From positions 31,310,001 through 31,374,000 of the forward strand of contig OX597823.1 in assembly GCA_951406725.2 (NCBI GenBank): DNA of 64,000 bases, in the 5' to 3' direction. The translations under genes were made by a program, and so were the position numbers. How positions within the stretch are numbered: position 1 is the first letter of the stretch; each line of letters opens with the position of its first letter. Positions 1 to 12,930 of the stretch are shown here, in pieces. The notes under the pieces were generated by a model. That model was not told where the DNA came from. It did not search any database and saw only the letters and a list, made by a program, of their open reading frames with translations. This stretch comes from Octopus vulgaris. Taxonomy: Eukaryota.

Positions 1-620
1 AGTTAAACATGATGTCGTGATTAGATGGCACGTCTGGACTGAGGTGTGCAAATTGATATGACTTACATCTTAAATTTCCTTCAGAAGAGATTCCTCTCTG
101 CAGACTTCGGCCTCTACCTCGATGAAGGATTATTCGTTTTGTGCAGCAGAAATTCCTCTTTGCAGAATTCAGCTTCTACCTCGATGAAGGACTATTCGTT
201 TTGCGCAGAAGAGATTCCTCTCTGCAGAATTCGGCCTCTACTTCAGTGAAGGACTATTCGTTTTGCGCAGAAGAGATTCCTCTCTCTAGAATTCGGCCTC
301 TACCTCGACGAAGAACTATTCGCTTTGCGAGGCATAACTGACAACCGAATGGGCCCTTTGGAGAATAGGTCCACCAACATATTCAAAGTTAGATTTGAAG
401 ATCACAATAGATAAAAATCTGAATACAATTAATATCTTTGATAAAACTCTACATTTAGATACTGGTAAATATTTATAGTAAACCTAATGGAAAATTGTAG
501 TACATTGATATAAATTCCAACTATCTCACAGTAAAACTTGGAAACTTTGTTAATAATCTTAATAAATCAAAATCCAGCTGAACCTTCGATGAGGAATCCT
601 TTAACCGTCCAGCTCATTGA
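1..620 (+). pseudogene. Degenerate Penelope-like element reverse transcriptase fragment (Naiad-like)
   Basis: Manual translation across stops/frameshifts: DVV..EVCKLI..YILNFL..FGLYLDEGL..ENRSTNIFK..LKITIDKNLNTINIFDKTLHLDTGKY..SKPNGKL*YIDINSNY. Colinear with the PLE RT at 44.3-44.6 kb ([43 protein letters not shown]). Confidence 0.8.
82..329 (+). repeat. 62-bp tandem repeat x4 inside the PLE RT relic
   Basis: Unit cagaagagattcctctctgcagaattcggcctctacctcgatgaaggactattcgttttgcg starts at 82, 144, 206 and 268. Confidence 0.95.
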
Positions 621-1961
621 GTTGCTCCATAGAAAGAACATATTATATACAGAACAGTACTAAATACTCATAAGTTCTTAAAGGTACAGCGCTCAATATA
701 ATTTGAATGCTCGTTCCAATGTTTCCAGGATTTTATGAACCTTGTAAAGATGTATTTCTTCGGCGACCAGCTTTAATGTGACCTTTAGTTGCATCAAAAT
801 CTTCAATGCATTCGTAATCAGTATAAATAGAATAAAACTTTGCACTACGAACACGCAAAATTCTTCTCTCCTCTGTGGTTGCAACGACAATGATATATGC
901 CTTCTTAATGGCGTGTATCCTCACTAAAGCATTTATTTGCTGAGACGAAGTCTCTCTTGTAAATGACGGTGAAATAATTAACTATATTGGGCTTATTGAA
1001 TTTCACCCAACGGATAAATACATTCAGACAATAGGAGTGATGCTATATCACATCATTATCTAAATACACCCAGAGTTTAAAAGATGTAATGTTAAGAAGT
1101 TGAATATCAACTGATCGATTACAGAGTACGTTTTCCCCCTACATCTCCATATTAATTGTTTGGAAACGGAAGTCTTTTCTTCCAGAGAGTTATGACACTC
1201 TATTGCAGTCTTTTGCAAATTTGAATCAGTGATTGAAGTTGGTCAATTCTTGCAGACATTTCAATCGATATTTATCGCAGAATTTTCAATTAGCAACTGG
1301 TAAAAATAATTTATTTCCCACATAATAGAACTGTCATAACTTTAGTTATTCATTCCGCACTCGATAGTATCCACTTTCCTTAGTTTCATGTGTTTGTACA
1401 CATATGATACCAAAGGTGTGATATACCCATATGAGTACTGAATATATATTACGTAATATGTGTCCAAAGATTGAATGTATGACGCATTTTATAACGTCTT
1501 TTTTCACAGCCAATCATATTTCGAATATTTTTGCTTATATATTGTCATGTTGCTCCAACATTCAGCTATTCCTCAAATTCTAAAACTTCATAAATCAATT
1601 TTTTTTTTTTGGTTCTCTGTGTTTTATTCATATGATACTGAAACCGTGAATGTGCAATACATTTATGTGAAAATTGAATACATTGTGTCCACTACGCATC
1701 AAAAATTAAGATGTGAATGTTTGACACGCTTTCCAGCTGCTTTACAGCATCCAGTCAAATTTCGAAGACATATCTCGGGTGCTACAAATATTGTTGTTTA
1801 TATATTGTCACACTCACTACCATCTTCAGTCGTTCAAATAAACAACAGGACACTCGGAGTAACAATTCAATGAACTTCAATTTCTCATAAAATATATTCA
1901 GCTCTAATTTTCGTTGGTTGCAAATACAACAAATAGAAGCGTAAACAATTCTGAACATATA

Positions 1962-2029
<68 letters not shown>

Positions 2030-2224
2030 TGTATATATATATTTATATATATAAAACAGTACTGGGAGGATAAGAAACGGAACGAAGCGACGAATCGAAT
2101 CGAACCCGACGCGAAGGCGCTGTCAGACAATAGTGTAATAAATAAAATATATGCATACATACAAACATATATGTACATACCTACATCTACATGTATATAT
2201 ACATGCATATATAAATATATATAC

Positions 2225-2360
2225 GTAAGTACAGGACACGACAACTAGACGTAGAACTCAACGAGAAACGAAAACGGAAAAGCTATTTTTTTACAACAGA
2301 AAAACAGAGACGTGGAACTCAACGAGAAACGAAAACGGGAAAACCATTTTTTTACAACAT
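2225..2360. repeat. Short repeat fragment with ~60-bp internal duplication, related to the 16.8-17.1 kb fold-back family
   Basis: gacgt(a/g)gaactcaacgagaaacgaaaacgg..ttttacaaca occurs twice; gtacaggaca..gagaaacgaaaac matches the reverse complement of 17035-17085; flanked by (TA)n. Confidence 0.55.
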
Positions 2361-2422
2361 ATATATATATGAAGACGGAGAGAGATACATACAAGCATAC
2401 GAGGTGAGAGAAGGAGAGGGAA

Positions 2423-2472
<50 letters not shown>

Positions 2473-2489
2473 CATCCTAATTAAGGATT

Positions 2490-2669
2490 TCAAATTTTGA
2501 CACAAGGTCAGCCAATTCGGGGGTACGCGCGGATAAGTCGATTACATCGGCCCCGAAAAGATGAAAGACAAAGATGACCCAGGCGGAATTTGAACTCGGG
2601 ACGTAAAAACAGACGAAATGCTGCTAAGCATTTTTCCCAGCGTGCTATCGGTTCTGCCAGCTCACCGCC
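2490..2669 (-). mobile_element. tRNA-derived SINE, family A
   Basis: Reverse complement of ggcggtgagctggcagaa..ttagcacgc..gagttcaaattccgcc..ctttcatc; same family at 12.9-13.7, 24, 49.3, 51.4 and 62 kb. Confidence 0.85.
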
Positions 2670-2832
2670 ATAGTAGTCCTATATATTAATATGTATGTGT
2701 ATATCAAAATCACAAGTATGTGTGTGTATATATGTACGTGTGCATGTGTGTGTCAGTGTGCGTATGTATATGTGTAGTGTGTGTGTGTGCGCGATGTGTT
2801 TATCTACCTTTCGTATATATATTCTCTTTATT

Positions 2833-3240
2833 CTTTGACTTGTTTCATCCATCTGACTGCGGCCAGGTGGAGCACCGCCATTAGTCGAGCAAATCGACCC
2901 CAGAACATTATTTGTAAACATAGTACTTATTCTATCGATCTCTTTTGCAGAAAGTCATAAACACGCCAACATCGGTTGTCAAGCGATGGTGGGAGGGACA
3001 AACACAGACACAAACACATAAATCTATACATATATATATATGTGTATGTATATATATATGTATGTATGTATGTATATACATATATACGGCGGTCCTCTTT
3101 CAGTTTCCGTCTACCATATCCACTTACGAGGCTTTGGTCGGCCCGAGGCTGTAGTAGAAGACACTTGCCCAAGGTACCACGCAGTGGGACTGAACCCGGA
3201 ACCATATTTTGGGAAGCAATCTTCTTACCACACAGCCACG
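2833..3240 (-). mobile_element. tRNA-derived SINE, family B (CORE-like, internal TA/CA microsatellite)
   Basis: Head gtggctgtgtggtaag..gggttcagtccc (A/B boxes), ccttgggcaagtgtctt CORE-like motif, tail gtgctcc..gcagtca..gaaacaagt; about ten copies in the window. Confidence 0.9.
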
Positions 3241-3794
3241 TCTCAAAATTTACAATTGTATGTGTGTGTACGTGTGCGTGTGCGCGCGCGCTGCTTTTGT
3301 CTACCTTTCGTACATATATGTGCGTCTGTAAAATAAACTGTCTTCTTGTTTGCTACATACGAAACAGGCGCTCTTAAAAGACGGCCAAACCACAAAATTC
3401 GTGACAAAACCCCATTAATGTTGTCATTTGCTGTTCGTTGTCGATGACATCTCTTCTCTAACACGACAACAATGAAATATGTTTATTAGACATACCAATA
3501 TACATCGATAGGCCCGAGTATAAACGATTATGGATAAATACCATTTCAGTAAACATCTAACTGGAGTAGAAGCAAGACACATTAGTTGTATGGAAAATGT
3601 GATATGATTCAGACAATCTCTTTTGTAATGGTTTTTGTTCGTTAATTTCATCACGAACAAAAAAAACTGAAGTTCTATACACACGCACGCACACACACAC
3701 ACACGCACACGCACACACACATACACACACACACACACTAACACGCACACACACACTCACACGCACACACACTCACACGCACACACGCACATGC

Positions 3795-3860
<66 letters not shown>

Positions 3861-3896
3861 CATACATATATATCTATACATATGTATGCACGTATG

Positions 3897-3939
<43 letters not shown>

Positions 3940-4064
3940 ATGATAAATCTCTGAGCGAGGTATAAATATATATACATATATATATGTATATATATATATA
4001 TAATAATGATATATATATATATATATATATAATAAAGATAAATCTGAGCGAGGTATATATATAC

Positions 4065-4095
<31 letters not shown>

Positions 4096-4553
4096 TATAT
4101 AGTAAAAAGAAGCGTAGATTCAGCAATAAGTTAGAAAGCAGTAGAAATATTGGTCTTAAGTAATTTTGATGATGTCATTAGGCGAGGAAAAAGTGAAGAG
4201 TAAAAGTAAAGAAAACCACAGGCACCAATGATAAGAGTAACATGATAGGTGTTTTACTTGTTAATTAAACGAATGATGTATAGGTATATACACGTATGTG
4301 TGTGTGTGTGCTTGTCTGCTTGTTGTACATATATATATATATATACGTACATACATACATACATACATACATATATACACACACACATATATCTACATGT
4401 ATGTGTGTGTGTGCATAAGCATATAGACATATTCATACATAACTACATCTTTCGATCTCCCTCGCCATTTATTATGTTCAAATATTAATGTATATATATA
4501 TATACATGCATATATATATATACGTGTGTGTGTGTGTGTGTGTGTATGTGTGT

Positions 4554-4605
<52 letters not shown>

Positions 4606-4767
4606 AAGATTTTCTTAAACTGAAGTCCTCCATTATATCAGAGAGATTTTTAAATCACGTTAACACAGACAGACCTGGTGGATTTTGCACGAGCGCTTTT
4701 TCTGTTATTTACAGGCTTTCAACCGCAGATGGCACATATATGGAAGCAGGCAAATACACACGCACAC

Positions 4768-4813
<46 letters not shown>

Positions 4814-4942
4814 TGACGTAAATATTAATGATTTGTAGATACATATAATATATTATGCTTGTATAACGAAATACCACGTACCTACAAATCGTTAATGTTT
4901 ACGTACCGTGTTCAGGAATTCGTTTAATATGTAAGCTGGTAA

Positions 4943-5117
4943 TACAGTTCTATATTTAAGAGATGAGGAATTATGTACATTATTTAAATTATTTACATTT
5001 GACGGATATTTGTCTTCAGCTGTTTGTTGTTAACACAACGTTTCGGCTGATATACCCTCCAGCCTTCATCAGGTGTCTTGAGGAAATTTCGAACCTGGGT
5101 CCTAAGGTATTTTTCGA

Positions 5118-5172
<55 letters not shown>

Positions 5173-5338
5173 GTTGTTGTTGTTGTTGTTGTTGTTGTTA
5201 TTATTATTATTATTATTATTATTTTTCAGGTTACGGGCATACGGCGTAGTAGGTAAGAGCGCGAGCTACTAACACCAAGATTCGAGTGCGATTCCAGGCT
5301 GTCACCTGAATAATAATAACAACAACAACAACAGCAAC

Positions 5339-5371
<33 letters not shown>

Positions 5372-5372
5372 C

Positions 5373-5412
<40 letters not shown>

Positions 5413-5512
5413 CAACAACAACAACAAAACATTGAAAAATACCTTAGGAATAAGAACCCAGGTTCGAAATTTCCCCAAGATACCTGATGAAGGTATATCA
5501 ACCGAAACATGT
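4943..5512. mobile_element. Fold-back non-autonomous element: tRNA-derived head + (AAT/AAC)n + PLE-type hammerhead tail, with an inverted copy of the tail
   Basis: 5040-5234 is the reverse complement of 5301-5508 including the trinucleotide tracts; the loop 5235-5300 is tRNA-like; CTGATGA..GAAAC in both arms. Confidence 0.75.
5032..5077 (-). ncRNA. Minimal type I hammerhead ribozyme motif
   Basis: gacac CUGAUGA a ggcug-gaggguauau-cagcc GAAA cg UU guguu: stem I gacac/guguu, 5-bp stem II, palindromic ACGU stem III. Confidence 0.8.
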
Positions 5513-5544
5513 TAGTGTATGTGCGTATGGCAAGTGTTGAAGCC

Positions 5545-6180
5545 CATGAGCAGTGCCAGTGTGCTATTGTGCCAGAGTCTCTTGTTCTTCAGCATTGATT
5601 GCTACAGAGTGGTCATATGGTGTTGGATAAAAGACCATCAGATTTTCATGAAAATTCTGTACTGTGATTAAAAGACCAACGCACAAACTGAAATCAAAGT
5701 TTAAGGACTTGAACAAGAATACACTGGAGAAGATCAAGTGGTTGGAAAATGGATGGAGAAACATCGCTCTCAATGTTTCATTTTGGAAGAAAGCAGTGCA
5801 AGATGGGTGGAGGGAATTCGAACAAAATCCTATCAGGCTAGAACTGGTCAAGAGCGATGTATTTAAGGGTCTTAATATGAATTAGGCTATGTTGGTGTAT
5901 AGGGCAATTTAATATGTAAAGAGGGGAGGCATGTCTAAGTCGGGTTGGCCTTTGACATCATCAGAGAGTCACACACACACAGAAGTTATGAACTTTGAAT
6001 TATGCAGTATCTCTACATGCGGTGAGCGTGGAAACGAATGTGCATCATGAAGAGGACTGGAACATCATATGAAGCTTCACCAAAACAGTATTGCTACACC
6101 TGCTTAACGAGGCACCCATCATTGCCGCATCTGTTGAAAAGAGTGTAAGACCCTAGTTGGACTGAAATGCCACATCAGTT
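5545..6180 (+). pseudogene. Degenerate RTE-clade LINE 3' fragment
   Basis: KRPTHKLKSKFKDLNKNTL..WRNIALNVSFWKKAVQDGWREFE matches the RTE C-terminal pattern (KR..RFKD.LK..W..A.DR..W); decayed C2H2-like motifs follow. Confidence 0.6.
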
Positions 6181-6852
6181 CTGCTCTTGTTTAAGAGCAT
6201 AATCAAACAGCATTACTCAAAATCGAGTTCCAATTGTTATCGATTATGTATGTATAAAAGGAATGCTTTTATAAATATGAAAAAAATTAAATAGAAACTG
6301 AGGAAAGGACTCACTATAAGTTTTAAATAATTTGATGACAATAACCTCGAAACTGTGCCTACGGCTGGCGTCATCTGATAAGAACTACTAAGCGAATCTT
6401 AGAAGCCATTGTCGATAATATTACATGTGTATGTGTGTGTGTGTATGTGTGTGTGTGTATGTGTGTGTGTGTGCGAGTATGTGTGTGCATGTAAGTATAT
6501 GTGTGTGTGCATGTAAGTATATGTGTGTATACATACATATAAACACATAAAACATGTACACACGCAGACACACACACACGTACGCATACACGCACACGCA
6601 CATATATGCATGTATATACGTATACGGGCATATATTGTATACACATATATACTTATCATATATCTATATATGAATGTGTCCATGTGCTTGTGTATGCAAA
6701 TGTGTGTATACGTGCATGTGTGTGTAAGTGAGAAATAGACAGAGCGGGAAGAGAGAGAAGAGAGAGTGTGGGAGAGGGAGTGAGTGAGAGAGAGGGAAGG
6801 AGGAAGAGAGAGAAAAGAGAGAGGGAGAGAGAAAACAGAGAGATAGAGATAT

Positions 6853-6975
<123 letters not shown>

Positions 6976-7787
6976 AGAGAGAGAGAGAGAAAAGAGAGAG
7001 AGAGAGAGATAATGATGTTGTTACCAACTTTGGCTTTCACGGTATTAATGAAATACGACGAGCGTTTAAAATAGAAAATTTGTGAAATCCTTCCTATTTA
7101 AGCGCACTGAACGCAGAGCAAGATTTATTTGGATTTTTATTAAAAACGTTATTTTAGCTTTAGTTCTGTAGACGGCTTCATACAGCACGGCGCCAGTCAA
7201 GGATCATTCCTTCGTCCAGTCTTATTTATAATTTATATATATGTATACGGGTGGGTGGGTTTTCCGCACTGTCTTGCACCAAATTATGTGTATCTAGTCG
7301 TTTCAATGATGATATTAATCCTTTAGAGCCAAAGGTAATTAAATAAATATAAATCATCAATTTGACTAATTTGAGGTGTGGATTACTTCTCACAGGATAT
7401 CAGAAAAAAAACACCAGAAATAAACTGAATTACTTTAATTCATGATGACTGCCACCGAAATACGGATGTATGAGATGCATAACAAACACAATTTGCAAGC
7501 GCGTTGACGTCGGTACCCCACTTATAAGACTCGCTCATTGGATTGGTGCTTCCAAAGTTCAGATATAGGAATTTGAAGCAATAGACTGGAAACTATACGG
7601 GGAATCATCTCAGAAAATGGAACTCAAAATGATCGACACTGTGTGTCATCTCGATCTTCTCCACAACAGCATATCTTTAATTGGCTTTCACTTTTCAGTC
7701 AAAATGTTTGGAAAGGTTGCTGGTCATATATCTTTTATCATTTACTTGTTTCAGTCGCTGAGCTGCAGTCATTGTGGGGATTTAGAC

Positions 7788-8219
7788 CAGTGGTTCTCAA
7801 CCGGGTTCCATATGGCCCATGAAGGTCCACATCAAATTTTGGAGGGGTCCACACAACAAAATAGAAAATTGGAGGTCCACAATAGTATTCTAAGGGCCCC
7901 TGAAAAATTTTGCTTTAGACATAGATATGGATGCGTATTGCAAGAAACAGCTAGGTTTCTTTCTCTAAAATTTTATATATATTTCTTTATTGCCCACAGG
8001 AGGCTAAACATAGAGGGGACAAACAAGGACAGACAAAGGGATTAAGTCGATTACATAGGTCAACCTACACAAGTTAATGTGTGAAAACATTAATGAATAT
8101 ATTAATAAATAGCATTCTAAAAAACTAGTTTATAAACATCGAATGGCTACGGGGGGCCACCAGAATAAAATAGCAATCAAAGGGGGTCCATAGATTTCAA
8201 AAATGGTTGAGAACCTCTG
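7788..8219. mobile_element. hAT-type MITE, inside a family-B SINE and itself carrying a family-A SINE tail (7981-8056)
   Basis: TIRs CAGTGGTTCTCAACC / GGTTGAGAACCTCTG; 8-bp TSD ATTTAGAC (7780-7787) / ACTTAGAC (8220-8227). Confidence 0.9.
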
Positions 8220-8760
8220 ACTTAGACCAAGGAATCTACCACACTACTTAAAGTCTTCAAGTCTTGCACTCATCCTATCCGTTTTTATTTTAAAATGAAT
8301 AGCTAAATTACGGGGATCTGAAGAAACCAACATCACTTGTCAAGCGGAGTAGTGAGACAAATAGAAGCACGAAAATATTTAACCACATAGATACAAAGAC
8401 ATACATTCATCCACACACATATTCATGTATATATGGGATGGGCTTCCGTACAGTTTCTGTCAACCAGATCATTCAAAAGGCTTTGATCAACCCGGGCTAT
8501 AGTAGACGACACCTACACAAAATCTCGAACAGTAAGACTAAATCCGAATCAACATGGTGCCCAAACGTGCTTCTACCTCTCCCAGTATGTATATAATAAA
8601 TTGATAGGAATAATGGGAAAAAAATTCAGGGATTCTACATTGCTTCGTTACTATTTTATTCTTTTACTCTTTTACTTGTTTCAGTCATAATTCTTCATCT
8701 CTTAAATAGAGAATGATTTATTTTAATAGCATACTTTTCTGTTAGTAAATATGCTTTTCC

Positions 8761-8797
<37 letters not shown>

Positions 8798-9755
8798 CTC
8801 TCTTCAATTTCTCTCTCTCCTTCTCTCTCTCTCTCTCTCTCACACACACATCCACACGGTGCGGGGTAAAACTTTAAATTACAATTTTTTTGTTGCTTAA
8901 ATCCGGGCAATGGACCAGCCTTCTGCTAAGCATTCCATAATCATCATCATTCCACAAAATGTATGAGGAGAAAAATATTGAAAAACATCAATATACGTGA
9001 GAGTGATAGAGAAACAAGAAAGGTGGTTATAGGACGTGCTGGAAACAACAGCCAAATCTTCCTTAGCTCGCACACATTTTCGTCTGAAAATATTTTCAAA
9101 TCCTTTTGTTTTTACTTTTTACCGGAGGGTGGTGGTGAAGGGGTTGAGGTGAAAAAAAAAGCATAAATTTTCAAAAATTTGTTTTCATAAAAAAAATCCC
9201 CACTACTACCCCCACGCCATGCTCCCATCATTTCGAAGGCCGTGGTGAAAAACAATTTGAAAAGTTCCCCTGATAACGGTAAAAATCCAACTTATGTGGG
9301 CGTCGTGATCCGAAACTCTGCCAAAAAAAAAAAAAAAAAAAAAAGACCCAACCCCAGTCAGGTCCTGAGGTCCTGAAGTTGAATTTCTTCGTTTGTCCCT
9401 CTCACTTTCTCTCTTACTCTTTCACTTTTGATTTTAGCTGACACGATGGTCACTTGTAAAAAGACATGCAGATGAGGACACCGAAAACTATTTATATATT
9501 TTAACAGCAAAATTTCATGACAACACTCTACAAAACTATTACTGCAACACCATCCTAAATAAGCTCTGTCTGTTTCATTCGGCCTCGGCATGTATATGTA
9601 CGATATACAAAATCTAGATGTTTAACCCAAATGTCACGACAACTCAGGAATGAGTATAATAAAACTATTTGGGATCGTTAACTTCTAAAGGGAATACTAA
9701 AATTGGTTTTCTTTGTTTATCAGAACATTTTATTTGTGTAAACAAAATATGCTTA

Positions 9756-9820
<65 letters not shown>

Positions 9821-10177
9821 GTGTGTGTGTGTATGTATGTATATATATATATGCAAGAAAATTTATCTATAAAATCTAAAAGACTAGTATGGAATAAAAA
9901 CTGAACAAAAACCTAGCAACAATCAGACGGTCTACTCTTGTCATGTTCTTGTTCAATATTCCTTCCATACTTCCATTCGACACAAAGAGCGACGACATTT
10001 AATGGCTACCATATATTCTATCAAAGCTTGTTACATGTTCAGTACAATGAACTGTTGATTTTCAAATGATGATATAATATATTCAGGATTTTGCCTTGCG
10101 AGACATGGCGTCCTGTGTCTTATGTTCAGCTGTGTATTAAAAGTCTATAAACAGTAGGATGTGTTTTGTGATGGTCC

Positions 10178-10450
10178 TGTGGATGCGCCTGGCTTAATGG
10201 TTAGGAATGATGCAAGATCACGGTTTCGATTCCGGAACTAGGCTGTGCTTCATTTTATGTTGCTCCAGATCATTTAGCTGTAAATGCACAACCTTGCATT
10301 CAGGGCGAGTGCTTGGATTCCGGTTACTTATTCGCCAAAGAAACTCAAGGCGACTTCATTTACAGCACCCAATTTTGCTGATCTTGAGCATAAATGACAT
10401 ACAAGCCACACGTCCATTGTTTCAGCATTTCTTGCCGAAAAGATTGTGGC
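10178..10450 (+). mobile_element. Degenerate tRNA-derived SINE
   Basis: tggcttaatggttagg (A box) and ggtttcgattcc (B box), then ttttatgttgctccag as in the 18.2-18.5 kb family. Confidence 0.6.
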
Positions 10451-10770
10451 TATAATTCAACAGTTGTCACATAATACGAGAAAATCCTCTGGTAAAAACG
10501 GGAGCAAAATTTTATGAATAATATATTTATGCAGCTATGAAGTAATAATATAGCTATATAGTGTTGTATACATAGTTATTAATTAATATATAAATAATAA
10601 ATAAATTTATTAATCTAATTTACATCGACTATTTTTTATCGATTATAATAAGTAAAGATTACAAAAGAAAATTTTCAGAAATTGCATAAAATGTCGGATT
10701 AAGCCCATTGGCTGCTTTGCTGATTTGGGCAGGTTGGTAGGAGGTAAAAAATAAAAAATAAATTAGTTAA

Positions 10771-10970
10771 TACTCTTTTACTTGTTTCAGTCATTTGACT
10801 GAGGCCATGCTAGAGCACCGCCTTTAGTCGAGCAAATCGGCCCCAGGACTTATTCTTTGTAAGCCTAGTACTTATTCTATCGATTTCTTTTGCCGAACCG
10901 CTAAGTTACGGGGACGTAAACACACCAGCATCGATGGTCAAGCGATGTTGGGGCGACAAACACAGGCACA

Positions 10971-11062
<92 letters not shown>

Positions 11063-11198
11063 CATATATACGACGGGCTTCTTTTCAGATTCCGTCTACA
11101 AAATCCACTCACAAGGCTTTGGTCGGCCCAAGACTATAATAGAAGACACTTGACCAAGGTGCCATACAGTGGGACAGAACCCGGAACCATGTGGTTGG
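10771..11198 (-). mobile_element. SINE family B
   Basis: Near full-length match to the other family-B copies, with internal (CA)n(TA)n. Confidence 0.9.
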
Positions 11199-12354
11199 TG
11201 GTCAAGGCTGGAATGCCTTTGATTAATAGGTCTTTTCTAGCAGTACTTACCTGTACCAAACAAAAGCAAAACAAAAACGATCGAACTAACGCGGACACAG
11301 CAGAACCACCTCAACAGGAATAACAACGCCAACGCCTTTCCCCACCACCACCACCACTACCATCACCACAACCATTCGCTCCACTCTCCCATCCACCATC
11401 ACCACCACCACCACCACCACACCGCACTCCCATCGCCACTACACTCCTACGACTGTCACTGTAAGGAAATTGTAATGATATTTGGTTAGTCAACTTTTCA
11501 ATGGAGTGCATTTGAAGGACTTGTTAACTTTAATAAACAATGAACAATATATTGTGTGTTCTGGTGCAGAAGAACTATAAAAAGAAGGAATGATGGGGAG
11601 AGGGAGAGGGAGAGGGAGAGAGGGAGGAGGTACCGATATAAAGGAGGGGGAGGCATTCAGAGGGACAAAGAGTAGGAGAGGGAGGGGATGTGGAAGAGAT
11701 AATGGAGGGGAATGAAAATGTTTGCGATAGAAAGTCAAAATAAAAAAATAACTATTTCAATACCTATGTGTGTGTATGTGTGTGTGTGTGTACATATGTG
11801 TGCGTGTGTGCGTGTGCCTGTGCGTGTGTGTGCATGTGTGTGTGTGTTTCGTGTGTGTGCGTGTGTGTGTGCATATGTGTGTGTGTTTGTGTGTGTGAGT
11901 GCATGTGTGCGCATGTGTGCGCATGTGTGCGCATGTGTGCGCATGTGTGCGTGTGCGTGTGTGTGTGTGCGTGTGTGCATGCATGTGTATATACATATAT
12001 TTGTACGTATGTATATACATATGTTAGTGTATATGCATGTGAGCGTGTATGCAGTGCGTGTATGTGCGTGTGTCTGTGTATGAGGACTTGTAGCTGAATT
12101 GGGAATTTGTTGCATTCAAGACCGGAAGGTCGTGGTTTCGATTCCTAAACCAACCGGCGAGTTGTGTCCTTGGGCAACGCACACCTTTCCTGTTTGCTCC
12201 AGTCTGTCCAAGAGAACTAGCCAAAAAAGAGTACCACCATGGTCTTGATGCTGATCTCTTTCCTCCCACTTCTCACATCCTCAAAGCTCCACTGGGTTGG
12301 AAAGAAAGGAGCCAAGAGATTGTATTTGCTAGGAGTGTTTACAAACCACTATAT

Positions 12355-12565
12355 CAGTGGTTCCCCAATTTTTTCGGGTTACCACCCCCTTGACACCCAA
12401 GCCACATTTCTACTGCCCCCCAAAAACTTAACCTAATGAATCCATTATTTTGTTGTTTTCACATGAATCGCTACCCCAGAATCGCCTCACTTTTCTTCAA
12501 CGCCTCTGAGAACTTCCCCCCCCCCCCCAGTGGGGTAACATTACTGCCTACTTTGGAAACCACTG
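12355..12565. mobile_element. hAT-type MITE
   Basis: TIRs CAGTGGTTCCCCAA / TTGGAAACCACTG; 8-bp TSD CACTATAT / CACTACAT. Confidence 0.85.
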
Positions 12566-12930
12566 CACTACATCATACTCACTTGCGAATGATAGCTCGA
12601 CCGTTCGCTTGGTCAGTCGGTTTTTTTCTTTTCTTTACTCTTTCTTTCTGCAATTCCTGCCCCACATTTCAATTTTACATTCAGCTCCTGGTTTGTCTTA
12701 TTGTTCTGCATTTAAACCCGAAAGGTCTAAGATGGCGCGTCTTGATTCTGATGTATTGCAAAAGGCTTTCTATCTATCAAAAAACGTTCCTGCTATTCAT
12801 CATTTGGTTATATTCCCCTTCTTATCCTTACGTTTCTTCTTTTATATATTGTCTCCTCCTTCTCATAACTCGTCCTTTTTACTGTTTAGCCAAGCGACCT
12901 TGCTAGATGTCTAAATGTTTTTAATTTCTT

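Noticed and set aside
82-329. CRISPR-like array
   Set aside because: Contiguous 62-bp units with no unique spacers, no cas genes, eukaryotic context; explained as an RT-derived tandem repeat.
5235-5300. Functional tRNA gene
   Set aside because: A/B boxes are degenerate, no complete acceptor stem or T-run terminator, and it is embedded in a repeat; treated as a SINE-type head.
5478-5518. Second intact hammerhead in the right arm
   Set aside because: Core present, but stem II is partly deleted and the 3' strand of stem I no longer pairs.
9360-9600. Exon candidate after a polypyrimidine tract and ttag
   Set aside because: No convincing donor and no recognisable peptide on either strand.
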